From positions 1 through 64,000 of the IMG/VR virus record IMGVR_UViG_2928595623_000002: a stretch of 64,000 bases of DNA, one strand, 5' to 3'. Source of the DNA: a virus. Taxonomy: Duplodnaviria > Caudoviricetes. The notes under the pieces were generated by a model. That model was not told the origin of the DNA. It made no database searches and worked only from the letters and a program-made list of their open reading frames with translations. Shown here one piece after another: positions 27,061 to 36,265 of this stretch. A program made the translations under genes and the position numbers. How positions within the stretch are numbered: position 1 is the first letter of the stretch; each line of letters begins with the position of its first letter.

Positions 27061-27834
27061 ATGAAGCTCAAGACAATTGAACAGGACGGCAAGGTTTACG
27101 CCCTCGTAGAGGACGGAAAGCCGGTCTATACCCACGACGACGGGAAAGACATTCCTTTCGACGCGGCGCAAGCCATGGGCAAGATCAGCGAATTGCAGCG
27201 CGAAGCAAAGACGCATCGCGAAGCAAAGGAAGCAGCAGAAGCCAAGGCCAAGGCATTCGATGGGCTTGACCCAGCCGGCGCCCGTGATGCTCTCGACAAG
27301 CTGTCCAAGATCGACGCCAAGAAGCTGGTCGAGGCTGGTGATATGGACGCGGCAATCCAGACCGCCCTCAAGCCAGTGCAGGAACAACTTGCAGCGGCAC
27401 TGAAGGACAAGGAAGCGCTCACCGGAAGCCTCAATCAGGCTGTGATCGGAAACGCATTTGGCCAGTCGAAATTCGCGGCGGAAAAGCTTACCCCGGCTGG
27501 CGTTGATCTTGTCCGCCTCCAGTTCGGCAACCAGATCAAGGTCGAGGACGGCAAGCCGATCGGCTATGACCAGAACGGGCAGAAGATTTATTCCAGATCG
27601 CGCCCCGGCGAACTGGCAAGCTTTGACGAGGTTATCGAAACCTTCGTCGAGTCATACGCCTTCAAGGATCACATTCTAAAGGGCGTGAACGCAAATGGCG
27701 GCGGCGGTCGTCAGTCTTCTGGCGGGAACAGTTCTGGCGAGAAGACAATGACACGCGCCGAATTTGACGCAATGGACCAGGCAACGCGGTCCGCAAAATT
27801 CAAAGAGGGTTATAAGGTAGTGGATGCTGCCTAA
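27061..27834 (+). CDS. Capsid scaffolding protein (DUF6651-like)
   Basis: DGKPVY.HDDGK; IYSR.RPGELA.FDE; precedes capsid gene. Confidence 0.85.
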   Translation: MKLKTIEQDGKVYALVEDGKPVYTHDDGKDIPFDAAQAMGKISELQREAKTHREAKEAAEAKAKAFDGLDPAGARDALDKLSKIDAKKLVEAGDMDAAIQTALKPVQEQLAAALKDKEALTGSLNQAVIGNAFGQSKFAAEKLTPAGVDLVRLQFGNQIKVEDGKPIGYDQNGQKIYSRSRPGELASFDEVIETFVESYAFKDHILKGVNANGGGGRQSSGGNSSGEKTMTRAEFDAMDQATRSAKFKEGYKVVDAA

Positions 27835-27934
27835 GCCTAACTCCTTCTACCGTCCATTCGGAAGATTGGCGGTGCCTCGGGCTGGATAGCCCAATCCTCC
27901 CAAAACATCGCCATTCATTCGAAAGGAAATCCAA

Positions 27935-29080
27935 ATGGCAAACGTACTCAGCAATCTTGCTGCTGACATCTACAAGGCAGCGGACATCGTCGGTCGTGAG
28001 GCTGTAGGCTTCATCCCGGCTGTTACCATCAATTCCGGCTCTGAGCAGGCTGCACAGGGCGACACCGTTCGTTCGTTCGCCACCCGCGCCGTGACCGTCA
28101 ACACTTCGGCGACGCCGTCCATGACCATCCCGGAAGGCGATGATCAGACGATCGACACGAAGACCATGACGATCTCGCAGATCGCATCCGTTCGCATCCC
28201 GTGGACCGGTGAAGACATCAAGCATGTCAACAACGGCTCCGGGTTCGAGACGATCTACGGCGACCAGATCAAGCAGGCGTTTCGCGGCATCGTGAACACC
28301 ATTGAAAATCATGTCGCTACTGTCGCGTATCAGAACGCATCGCGTGCATTCGGCACGGCTGGCACGACGCCGTTCGGTTCCAACTTCGATGAAGTCGCCG
28401 AAATGCGTCAGATCCTCGTTGACAACGGCATCCCGATGGATGGCCGCGTGTCTCTCGTGGTGAATACTTCCGCCGGCACCAACCTTCGCCAGCTCGCGCA
28501 GTTGCAGAAGGTCAACGAAGCAGGCGGCGCCGAAATGCTCCGCAATGGCACGCTGCTTGACCTGCAGGGCTTCATGCTCAAGGAAAGCGCGCAGGTCATC
28601 GCTCACACCAAGGGCACCGGCACCAGCTACCAGTCGAACAACGCTTCCGGTTATGCTGTCGGTGACAAGACGGTCGCACTCGACACCGGCTCTGGCACTG
28701 TTCTTGCTGGCGATGTTGTCACCTTCACTGGCGACACCAACAAGTACGTGGTCAACACGGCCCTTTCTGGTGGCTCGCTTGCGATCGGCGCTCCTGGTCT
28801 TCGTGCGGCCCTCGCAGACAACATTGCAATGACGATTGGCAACAACTATCGCGCCAACATCGCACTGCATCAGTCGGCCGTCGAGCTTGCCATGCGCCCG
28901 CTTGCAAAGCCGCAGGGCGGCGACGCCGCGGTCGATGAAATGATCGTGCAAGATCCGTTCTCGGGCCTCGTGTTCCGCATCTCTGCCTATAAGGGCTATA
29001 ACAAGGCGATGTTTGACGTCACCTGCCTTTATCAGGCGAAGGCATGGAACCCGCACGCCATTGCAACGCTGCTTGGCTAA
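27935..29080 (+). CDS. Major capsid protein (P22 coat-like)
   Basis: Strong RBS, biased codon use, position. Confidence 0.92.
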   Translation: MANVLSNLAADIYKAADIVGREAVGFIPAVTINSGSEQAAQGDTVRSFATRAVTVNTSATPSMTIPEGDDQTIDTKTMTISQIASVRIPWTGEDIKHVNNGSGFETIYGDQIKQAFRGIVNTIENHVATVAYQNASRAFGTAGTTPFGSNFDEVAEMRQILVDNGIPMDGRVSLVVNTSAGTNLRQLAQLQKVNEAGGAEMLRNGTLLDLQGFMLKESAQVIAHTKGTGTSYQSNNASGYAVGDKTVALDTGSGTVLAGDVVTFTGDTNKYVVNTALSGGSLAIGAPGLRAALADNIAMTIGNNYRANIALHQSAVELAMRPLAKPQGGDAAVDEMIVQDPFSGLVFRISAYKGYNKAMFDVTCLYQAKAWNPHAIATLLG

Positions 29081-29128
29081 CCAACTACAGGGGCGGGGAA
29101 ACTCGCCCCTTAACCACACGGGTGAACC

Positions 29129-29371
29129 ATGACTATTCGAATGATCAGGCATGACGACGGCAAGACCGGCGATATTCACCCTGACGAAGTAGAGAACATG
29201 AAGAAATTCGGCTGGGTTGTCGATGATGCTGCAGAGCAAGACGACATCAGCCTATCAGACACCGAACTTCGAGACGCCATCGAAAAGGCAACCGGTGTTC
29301 GACCGCATCACAAGACAGGCCGCGATAAGCTCCTGAAGGCATACAGCGAATTGAATGCACAGGAGGCGTGA
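29129..29371 (+). CDS. Head-associated small protein
   Basis: IHPDEVEN..GW plus HeH-like C-terminus. Confidence 0.65.
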   Translation: MTIRMIRHDDGKTGDIHPDEVENMKKFGWVVDDAAEQDDISLSDTELRDAIEKATGVRPHHKTGRDKLLKAYSELNAQEA

Positions 29372-29634
29372 TGGCTGGCGGCAACGTCTACACGCTTTTT
29401 GGTGAAAACCCTCCAGAGCTTGGTGAGCCGAACCAGCCATTGATAAAGGCGATCACAAACCTTCTCGAAATGGCGAAGACAGGACGGCTTCAAAGCTTTG
29501 TTGGAACTGGCTTTACCCACGAGGGCAACCGTCTATCATTGTGGTGTGACACGCACCCCGACATTTATCAAATGCTTGGCTCTATCGCCTGGCTTGAGCA
29601 CGAGTATGTTGAACGGCAAACCAAGGCGGATTGA
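29368..29634 (+). CDS. Hypothetical protein
   Basis: Coupled ORF with GGAGG RBS. Confidence 0.65.
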   Translation: MMAGGNVYTLFGENPPELGEPNQPLIKAITNLLEMAKTGRLQSFVGTGFTHEGNRLSLWCDTHPDIYQMLGSIAWLEHEYVERQTKAD

Positions 29635-29636
29635 CC

Positions 29637-30164
29637 ATGGCCCTTACAGTCGAAACAGGAACCGGCCTGTCTGACGCGGACGCGCTTATCACGCTCGCAT
29701 TTTCCGACGCGTATCATAGCGCGATCGGCAACAGCACTTGGACCGGCACGGACGCGCTCAAGGAAGCCGCAATCCGCCGCGCTACGGCGTTCATCAGCAA
29801 TTCTTTCACATGGCAGGGCCTCCGCACCCGAGGACGTTCGCAGGCGCTCCAGTGGCCGCGTTCTGGCGTTATCGACGCGGAAGGTTACGGCATCAACTCC
29901 GACGAGATCCCGATCGAAATTCAGAACGCCGTCGCAGAGATCGCATTGCGTGAGCTTGTGGATCCTGGTGCTATGAACCCTGACTTCAAGGCTTCCGAAC
30001 TGGTCAAGCGCGAAAAGGTCGGCCCGCTTGAAACAGAATACGCGCTTAGCAACACGTCCGCAGATGCGCAAAGGCCTGTGCTGTTGGCGGTGCGCGATAT
30101 GGTATCGCAGTTTCTGTTGTCTGGCACGTCTAGCCCGATCATTGGCCGGAGCGTTCGGGTCTGA
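29637..30164 (+). CDS. Head-tail adaptor
   Basis: ALTVETGTG..A; QALQWPR; EKVGPLETEY. Confidence 0.8.
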   Translation: MALTVETGTGLSDADALITLAFSDAYHSAIGNSTWTGTDALKEAAIRRATAFISNSFTWQGLRTRGRSQALQWPRSGVIDAEGYGINSDEIPIEIQNAVAEIALRELVDPGAMNPDFKASELVKREKVGPLETEYALSNTSADAQRPVLLAVRDMVSQFLLSGTSSPIIGRSVRV

Positions 30165-30529
30165 TGGCTTTTGATTACGCCAAATCACGCGCAACGGCTG
30201 AAAGGCTTATAGGGCGCTTTGGGCAAGCAGGCGCTATCAAGCGAACGACGGATTCTGGCCCGGCGTACGGACCGGCCTATGACCCTACAGTGACGACAAC
30301 GAACTATGCATGCACGCTTGTCGTCATTGATATCGCACTCGACAAGATCGACGGAACGCTGATCGAAGCCACCGATAAAATGGCCTATGTCTCCACCTCT
30401 GGGCTTGCCATAGACATCACGACGGCTGATTTCATCGAGGTCGGTGGAGTTGAGCATGCAATCAAGATAGTCCGTCCGCTTAACCCGGCTGGAACAGTCG
30501 TGTTATGGGAAGTGGTGTTCACCGTATGA
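30164..30529 (+). CDS. Head closure protein
   Basis: FDY...ATA.RLI.RFG; position. Confidence 0.75.
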   Translation: MAFDYAKSRATAERLIGRFGQAGAIKRTTDSGPAYGPAYDPTVTTTNYACTLVVIDIALDKIDGTLIEATDKMAYVSTSGLAIDITTADFIEVGGVEHAIKIVRPLNPAGTVVLWEVVFTV

Positions 30530-30651
30530 ACGACAACAGGCCGCCACGCTCGACAGTTCGCCTCATGGTTCGCGGCTCGATGATCGCTTTCGTGGTTGGC
30601 GCGTTCGCCCGCTATGGCTGGGAATCGACTGGCTGGATGATCGGGTGAAGT

Positions 30652-31701
30652 ATGGACTTTGACGAATTGCTTGAACGCTATGAGCCACGGCTTGCGGCGG
30701 CGTTTCGCGAGTGCATCGAAGCGATCAAGTCCGCTATTGTGCTCAAGGCTGTCGTCGAGAGGCTGCAGCGTGGTGATATCTACGGAGCAATCAAGGCAAT
30801 CCAGATCGAGTCGGAAGTTTTCTCTGCGCTTGAGATCGCCCTGCAAGAGGCATTCAATGCCGGCGGGGTTAGCATGGTTGAAAGCCTGCCAAAGCTGGTC
30901 GCACCCGATGGAACGCGCGTCCTGTTTCAGTTCGGCGTCCGGAACCTTGAGGCTGAGGCGCTTCTTCGGTCGCAATCGTCAGGGCTTGTAACAAGGATCA
31001 CAGACGATCAACGAGAGGCGCTGCGCATCGCATTCGAAAGCGGTCTATCGCGTGGGCAGAACCCTACCGCAACGGCGCTTGAGGTCGTCGGTCGCATCAG
31101 CCGTGTGACCGGGCGGCGGGAAGGGGGCTTGATTGGGCTTACATCGCGCCAGGTTGAGTTCATCAGCCGCGCACGCGAAAGTCTGCTGGCTGGCGACGTC
31201 GATGGAATGCGCCGCTATCTCGAATTGAAGACACGAGACCGGCGGTTTGATCGAACCGTTGCCAAAGCGATCCGCGATGGGAAACCGGTGCCACCGGATA
31301 TGGTGGCGAAGCTCATTGCGAGGCTATCCGACAGAAACCTTCTCTTGCGCGGACAGACAATTGCGTTGGAGGAGACCCGCACCGCACTCTTCACCGTCCG
31401 CGACAATGCAATCCGTCAGCAGATCCAGGCCGGAAAGATCGCTGCGCAGGACGTGACAAAGCACTGGCAGCATTCTGGATCGGAGCATCCGCGTTTGCAG
31501 CACATTGAGATGGCTGCCCGCTACAAAGCAGAAGGCGTGCCGCTTGATCAACCATTCATCGCCGCCGATGGAACCCCTCTCATGTATCCGCATGACCCAA
31601 AGGCTCCGGCGAGGCATACGATAGGTTGCAGGTGCCGCATGAGCTATGACATCGATTATGTCGCCGCTGGGCTTCGCAAGTATCGTGCTAGGACAGCCTA
31701 A
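30652..31701 (+). CDS. Head morphogenesis protein (Mu gpF/SPP1 gp7-like)
   Basis: K.W...R..H; LMYPHD...IGCRC. Confidence 0.82.
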   Translation: MDFDELLERYEPRLAAAFRECIEAIKSAIVLKAVVERLQRGDIYGAIKAIQIESEVFSALEIALQEAFNAGGVSMVESLPKLVAPDGTRVLFQFGVRNLEAEALLRSQSSGLVTRITDDQREALRIAFESGLSRGQNPTATALEVVGRISRVTGRREGGLIGLTSRQVEFISRARESLLAGDVDGMRRYLELKTRDRRFDRTVAKAIRDGKPVPPDMVAKLIARLSDRNLLLRGQTIALEETRTALFTVRDNAIRQQIQAGKIAAQDVTKHWQHSGSEHPRLQHIEMAARYKAEGVPLDQPFIAADGTPLMYPHDPKAPARHTIGCRCRMSYDIDYVAAGLRKYRARTA

Positions 31702-32147
31702 TGGCATCGCTTTCTTTCGCCGCTGCAGTCGCTGGATGGGCTGAGAAGGTGCCGGAGGCGATCGAGGCTGTTCGAAATGAGAGTGCAAAGGAAGTCGTTC
31801 GCGATATGCAGACGCTCCGGTCGGAAGGCGGGCGCATGCGGTTCGACACCGGTTTTCTCTGGTCGTCTCTCATGGCAAGCACATCGTCTATGCCGAGCAT
31901 CAATGCCAGCGCACGCCCTGCCGATGGCGGTAGCTATTCCTTCGACTTCGGACAGGTGGAAGCAGTCATTGCCGGGTCATCTCTCGATGACACGCTCTAT
32001 TTCGGTTACACGGCATCCTATGCCGCATATCGCGAATATGGGGCCAACGGGCAGCCAGCCGATGGGTTTGTACGCCTAGCGGCCATGAATTGGCCGGATA
32101 TCGTCAATCGGAATGCGAAGAAGGTGAAACAGGCTTTTGGTCTATGA
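31701..32147 (+). CDS. HK97 gp10-like tail completion protein
   Basis: DTGFL.SS; YA.YREYG; GFVRLA. Confidence 0.8.
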   Translation: MASLSFAAAVAGWAEKVPEAIEAVRNESAKEVVRDMQTLRSEGGRMRFDTGFLWSSLMASTSSMPSINASARPADGGSYSFDFGQVEAVIAGSSLDDTLYFGYTASYAAYREYGANGQPADGFVRLAAMNWPDIVNRNAKKVKQAFGL

Positions 32148-32337
32148 TGGCTTTATTGCCGTCGCTTCCTTCTTCCGCCGCCATAAGAAGGCCGATAGCA
32201 AGAAGCAATAGCGCCTTGTCTGCAGCGCGAATGGCTGTTTCTGCCCGTTTTGTGATGCCGCTCTTTTGGGACAACAACTCACGGGCTTGAAGAAGGGCGT
32301 CATGGGCCTCGTTGTCGGTGAGAAGTTTTTTGGACAT
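32104..32337 (-). CDS. Small counter-oriented hypothetical protein
   Basis: Fills the gap between two tail genes. Confidence 0.5.
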   Translation of the reverse strand: MSKKLLTDNEAHDALLQARELLSQKSGITKRAETAIRAADKALLLLAIGLLMAAEEGSDGNKAIIDQKPVSPSSHSD

Positions 32338-32350
32338 GAGGCATTGATAT

Positions 32351-32776
32351 ATGGCGACCGGTGCTGACGCAATCATCCTTTCTGCCTTGCTTGAACATCT
32401 CGGCACGTTGACGTTCACGCCTGCTTTGCAGATCGCAATGCCTGGTATCGACTTCCCAGCTGCCGGCCAAGCCAAACCGGGCAACTACCTACAGGCGTCA
32501 TTCCTGCCGAACGACACGACCAACACCGAACTTGGGGCAGGGCAGGAGCAGCACCGCGGGATCATGCAGGTGTCCGTTTACTGGAAGAATGGTGTCGGAC
32601 TCATCAAGCCGCTGGAAGCCGCCGACCGTATCATCGACCACTTCGCCAAAGAGACGAAGCTCTACAAGGATGGGCTCAAGATTGTGATCGATCGCAAGCC
32701 CTATGCAGCCCCACCGCTGCAGGAAACTGACCGTGTGCATGTGCCTGTCACGGTTCGATATCACGCTTTCTCTTGA
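32351..32776 (+). CDS. Tail terminator protein
   Basis: GIMQVSV; VPVTVRY; position. Confidence 0.8.
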   Translation: MATGADAIILSALLEHLGTLTFTPALQIAMPGIDFPAAGQAKPGNYLQASFLPNDTTNTELGAGQEQHRGIMQVSVYWKNGVGLIKPLEAADRIIDHFAKETKLYKDGLKIVIDRKPYAAPPLQETDRVHVPVTVRYHAFS

Positions 32777-32794
32777 CATAGAAAGGAGCCTACC

Positions 32795-33283
32795 ATGGCT
32801 GGCATCAAGACGACCCTCGCGGGCGCGAAAGTATCCATCAGCACCACTGCCGTGACGCTGCCGCTCAATGCCGCTGGCTTCGCGGCTCTGACCTATTCGG
32901 AAATTGGTTCCGTCGGGAACCTCGGCGATTACGGCGCCGCGCCGAATATGATCTCCTATAACACGCTTGCAACGCAGGTCACGTCGAAGGCCAAGGGCGT
33001 CGAGGATGCCGGCGAACTGTCCATCGAGGTCGCCCGCATTTTTGACGATGTTGGCCAGATCGCGATCCGGGCAGCCGGCGCCACCAAGCATATCTATGCG
33101 ATCAAGATCGAATATGACGATGCGCCGACGGAAGACTGGTCGAATACGATCATGTATGCAGCCGGCCCCGTTTCCGGCCCGCAGATGCTTGGCGGCTCCA
33201 CCGACGATTTCATCCGTGAATCCTACACGGTGGCATTCACTGATCAGCGGCCGATTTACGTCGCCCCTGTCGAAACTCCGTGA
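32795..33283 (+). CDS. Major tail tube protein
   Basis: KAKG..DAG; D.GQ.A.RAA; AAGGAG RBS. Confidence 0.85.
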   Translation: MAGIKTTLAGAKVSISTTAVTLPLNAAGFAALTYSEIGSVGNLGDYGAAPNMISYNTLATQVTSKAKGVEDAGELSIEVARIFDDVGQIAIRAAGATKHIYAIKIEYDDAPTEDWSNTIMYAAGPVSGPQMLGGSTDDFIRESYTVAFTDQRPIYVAPVETP

Positions 33284-33292
33284 GGCTGACGC

Positions 33293-33679
33293 ATGGATCT
33301 CCTTTCAATCACCCCGAACACAACGTTCCTCGCTCTCAAGCACCCGGCGACCGGTGAAGATATCGGCGTCACGGTCGAGTTGCGCAGCCTTGAAAGCGAT
33401 GAGGTCAAGGCCGTCGAGCGCATGATCAAGAACAAGGCGCTCAAGGGCGGACGCAACACAGTCACCGCCGAAAAGATCGATGACAACGCGGCGGCTATTC
33501 TTTCCGCAGCGATCGTGTCGTGGAGCTTCTCCGGCGATGCCAACCTTGGCGGCGACAAGAACCCGGCCTGCAATGATGCGAACAAGCGCAAACTGCTGTC
33601 CGTGCCGCCGATCGCCAAGCAGATTGATCAGGCGCTCGGAGACGAAACCGCTTTTTTCGCATCCTCGGCGAACGGCTAA
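33293..33679 (+). CDS. Tail assembly chaperone (G-like)
   Basis: L.HP.TG motif; slippery site near end. Confidence 0.82.
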   Translation: MDLLSITPNTTFLALKHPATGEDIGVTVELRSLESDEVKAVERMIKNKALKGGRNTVTAEKIDDNAAAILSAAIVSWSFSGDANLGGDKNPACNDANKRKLLSVPPIAKQIDQALGDETAFFASSANG

Positions 33680-34065
33680 GCGAAGCCGTCGCCGTTGCGG
33701 TCGAATGGAACACGCCAGGCTATGAACTTGATCGCGGTCGGGCGGGGAAAGACACGGTCTCGAAGCGCGAAATGTACGAGCGCTTCGGGCGCGACGATCT
33801 GATCCAGACGCCGGATATACCTGAAGAAGGCGAAAGCCTTTGGTCTGCATTCTGGGCGCTAAACAGACGCCGTCAGCATGGAATGAATGGACCGCAGCCT
33901 TTGACCTATTCCGAGATCGGATTTTGGTCACGCCTCACAGGAGAAATCCTCCTGCGAGACGAAATTACAATCATCATAGAAATGGATGACGCCTATATCG
34001 TCGCTCTTGAAAAGGAGCGAGACGCACAGCGCGTTGCCAACAAGCGTCCGGGCGATCGGGATTAG
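33652..34065 (+). CDS. Tail assembly chaperone GT extension via -1 frameshift
   Basis: T TTT TTC at 33652-33658; -1 frame open into ORF 33772-34065. Confidence 0.8.
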   Translation, partial: FFRILGERLSEAVAVAVEWNTPGYELDRGRAGKDTVSKREMYERFGRDDLIQTPDIPEEGESLWSAFWALNRRRQHGMNGPQPLTYSEIGFWSRLTGEILLRDEITIIIEMDDAYIVALEKERDAQRVANKRPGDRD

Positions 34066-34095
34066 TGAAAACCATGGCTGCTTCTTGCTGGGTGA

Positions 34096-34500
34096 TCAAC
34101 TTTTTAGCCCTGAGGTAATAGCGGCCATCTTCGCCTCCAATTCCTTACGTAGGTCTTCCCGATGAGTGACATCAACTTGGCCAGGGCTAAGAGGATTGCC
34201 GAACGTCGCGATGATGCGTGGGGATATCTTGGTAGGGTTGTCGCCGGTAATCGCAAACTGGTAGAATATCTTCAAGTTGTTGGAGAAGACCATTTCTCCG
34301 GGCGTTTGATATCGCTCCACCAGCAACGTGAAATCGCTATCGGTATTGATCCTGTATTTTGCGTCAGAAAATCCGGCGACAAGCGCCTCTCTCGTTTCAA
34401 GCCGACTGGCCGGGACGGTATACTCCAACGGCTCATAGTTAAGCGTCGTGCACCCACAAAGCAGCGTCAAAAGCGCGGCTACAAAAAGTCCGATTTTCAT
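34096..34500 (-). CDS. Lipoprotein moron
   Basis: Signal peptide with lipobox LCGC. Confidence 0.75.
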   Translation of the reverse strand: MKIGLFVAALLTLLCGCTTLNYEPLEYTVPASRLETREALVAGFSDAKYRINTDSDFTLLVERYQTPGEMVFSNNLKIFYQFAITGDNPTKISPRIIATFGNPLSPGQVDVTHREDLRKELEAKMAAITSGLKS

Positions 34501-34619
34501 GATTGCCCCCCAATACGATCAGAGCAATCAAGCAAAACTCGGAGAGGTTGTCCAGTTAGTCTTTCAAGTAGCCGTGGCCAATCAGCCAGTCGCGGAGGAT
34601 GCGGCGGATCGCTTCGGAA

Positions 34620-35165
34620 TTACGGTGAGGCATTTCGTCTCCGTGTATCAGCGGTTTGCTTCATGCTGCCTTTTACATAGGCTATCCATTTGTCATCGGG
34701 TTCGAACGGTACCTTCCCTCGATCAATGTCACGCTGACGAAGTTCATCCACCCAAGGCTTTAAATCATCAGAAAGTAAATCGTACACGGAGGTTTCAGTC
34801 GCAAGACCTAGGCGGTCTTGAATGCGTCTTATCATTGCGCTCGTCGTATATTCATCGCCAGCCGAAATGCAGGAGCTTATGGCGAGAGACGGGAATGGCT
34901 TGGCTTCGCTGCCGGTCGCTTTGGATACTGCTGCAAGTGCCTGATCGAAGGTAATGTTAAACCATTCGCCCATGATACGAAAACTGTGAAGACTGGAAAG
35001 CGCGCGGCGTTCGGCAATTGTCGCATCATCGCAGGGGAATATAGCCTCTCCAACCAACGGATACCCTGAGTGGCCTTGGTGCTGGCGCAATCGTCTTATG
35101 GGGTCGTTTGCCCTTCCAACCTTCCGCCATCCGAGAGGGTGGGCGATTATGTAGAGATAACTCAC
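34620..35165 (-). CDS. GIY-YIG superfamily (T5orf172/MUG113-like) protein
   Basis: YLYII...KVGRA..P..RL; E; GEWF. Confidence 0.8.
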   Translation of the reverse strand: MSYLYIIAHPLGWRKVGRANDPIRRLRQHQGHSGYPLVGEAIFPCDDATIAERRALSSLHSFRIMGEWFNITFDQALAAVSKATGSEAKPFPSLAISSCISAGDEYTTSAMIRRIQDRLGLATETSVYDLLSDDLKPWVDELRQRDIDRGKVPFEPDDKWIAYVKGSMKQTADTRRRNASP

Positions 35166-35314
35166 TTTGGCAGGTATCCTTTTTCTTTGAGGTTTGCTGT
35201 CAGGAGTCTTTCGACGTAGGAGGCCAGGGACCGATCATCATCGGCTGCCGCTTTCTCAGCGGCGGCTTTCACTTGATCTGGCACCCGAACTGAAATTGCA
35301 GAAGTTTTTGCCAT
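35162..35314 (-). CDS. Arc-like ribbon-helix-helix repressor (50 aa, not in ORF track)
   Basis: MAKTSAISVRVPDQVKAAAEKAAADDDRSLASYVERLL. Confidence 0.8.
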   Translation of the reverse strand: MAKTSAISVRVPDQVKAAAEKAAADDDRSLASYVERLLTANLKEKGYLPK

Positions 35315-35455
35315 GTGTTCACTTGTGTGCAGTTGACATTCAAATAGAATGAGTTCATATTAAACACAGTTGCACACAAATGCAACGGGCCGATACAAGA
35401 GTTCGCACCTCTCGACCGGCCCTAACCGAAACGAGGATCTTAGGAGGATCATCGA

Positions 35456-35620
35456 ATGGCTAACTCTGCCATACCCCTTTCTGCGCTTTTCCGAAACCCC
35501 GTTGTAGCGGATGCCTTCCGCCGTGCGGAGCGCGATGCCGGATCTGCCTATGCTGTTACGGAGCCGAAGAAGCCGGTTCTTGCCGGCGGCGCTGCTCGCG
35601 TTCTGGAGGAAGTGGCATGA
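35456..35620 (+). CDS. Small protein (54 aa)
   Basis: AGGAGG RBS; ATGA coupling to the next gene. Confidence 0.6.
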   Translation: MANSAIPLSALFRNPVVADAFRRAERDAGSAYAVTEPKKPVLAGGAARVLEEVA

Positions 35621-35994
35621 ACCGGCGCGCTGTTTTGAAGGGTGGCCTTGTTCTTGCTGCTACGGCCCACACGGTGGCGCTCGCCCCTGAAAGGGCAAGC
35701 AGCGCTACGCTGGCGAGACTGACCATGGCTGATGGTCACGCATCTCCGTTCGCAGAGAAGGGAGACGTGATCGTTTTCGATGAAGCGAACACTACGCCCG
35801 AGAGCGGAGCGACGTTCGTCACGAAGGCTGAAACGTCAGGGATGCCGTATGTTGGGCGGATCTGGCGGGATGAAGACGGCCACTGGTGGCTTGAGAGATT
35901 TGCGCGAGGCGACCTCTACGGCCCCGTGCCGGACGAGATGATGAACCGGGCCATTCAAGGCCGAGTTACAGGCGTCTGGAAACACATCACATGA
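35617..35994 (+). CDS. Hypothetical protein with twin-arginine-like N-terminus and degenerate S24-like domain
   Basis: MNRRAVLKGG; SPF..KGDVIVFD. Confidence 0.55.
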   Translation: MNRRAVLKGGLVLAATAHTVALAPERASSATLARLTMADGHASPFAEKGDVIVFDEANTTPESGATFVTKAETSGMPYVGRIWRDEDGHWWLERFARGDLYGPVPDEMMNRAIQGRVTGVWKHIT

Positions 35995-36265
35995 AATCTG
36001 GCGTTTCGGCGCCTGATAATTGCATCCAGAAATCAAGCACAAAAGAAGAACAAAAATGATATTGGTGCGCAGGTTGTGGAGGGCTTGGCAATTCTATTGC
36101 GATGCGTTGCCGCTTTCTGACACATCATAGAAGATTCGCGATGGCGAATACCCCGGCCCTAAACGGGGTGAGGGAGAGCGGCGTCTTTGCTTGGACACCA
36201 TTGCCGCCGCTCCCCCTCGTGTCCACCGGCGATTTTAGGGATCGCCAGCGAAAAGGACCCATATC

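Noticed and set aside
35617-35680. Functional Tat export signal
   Set aside because: RRxxLK is present but the hydrophobic region is weak and the context is a regulatory operon; left unassigned
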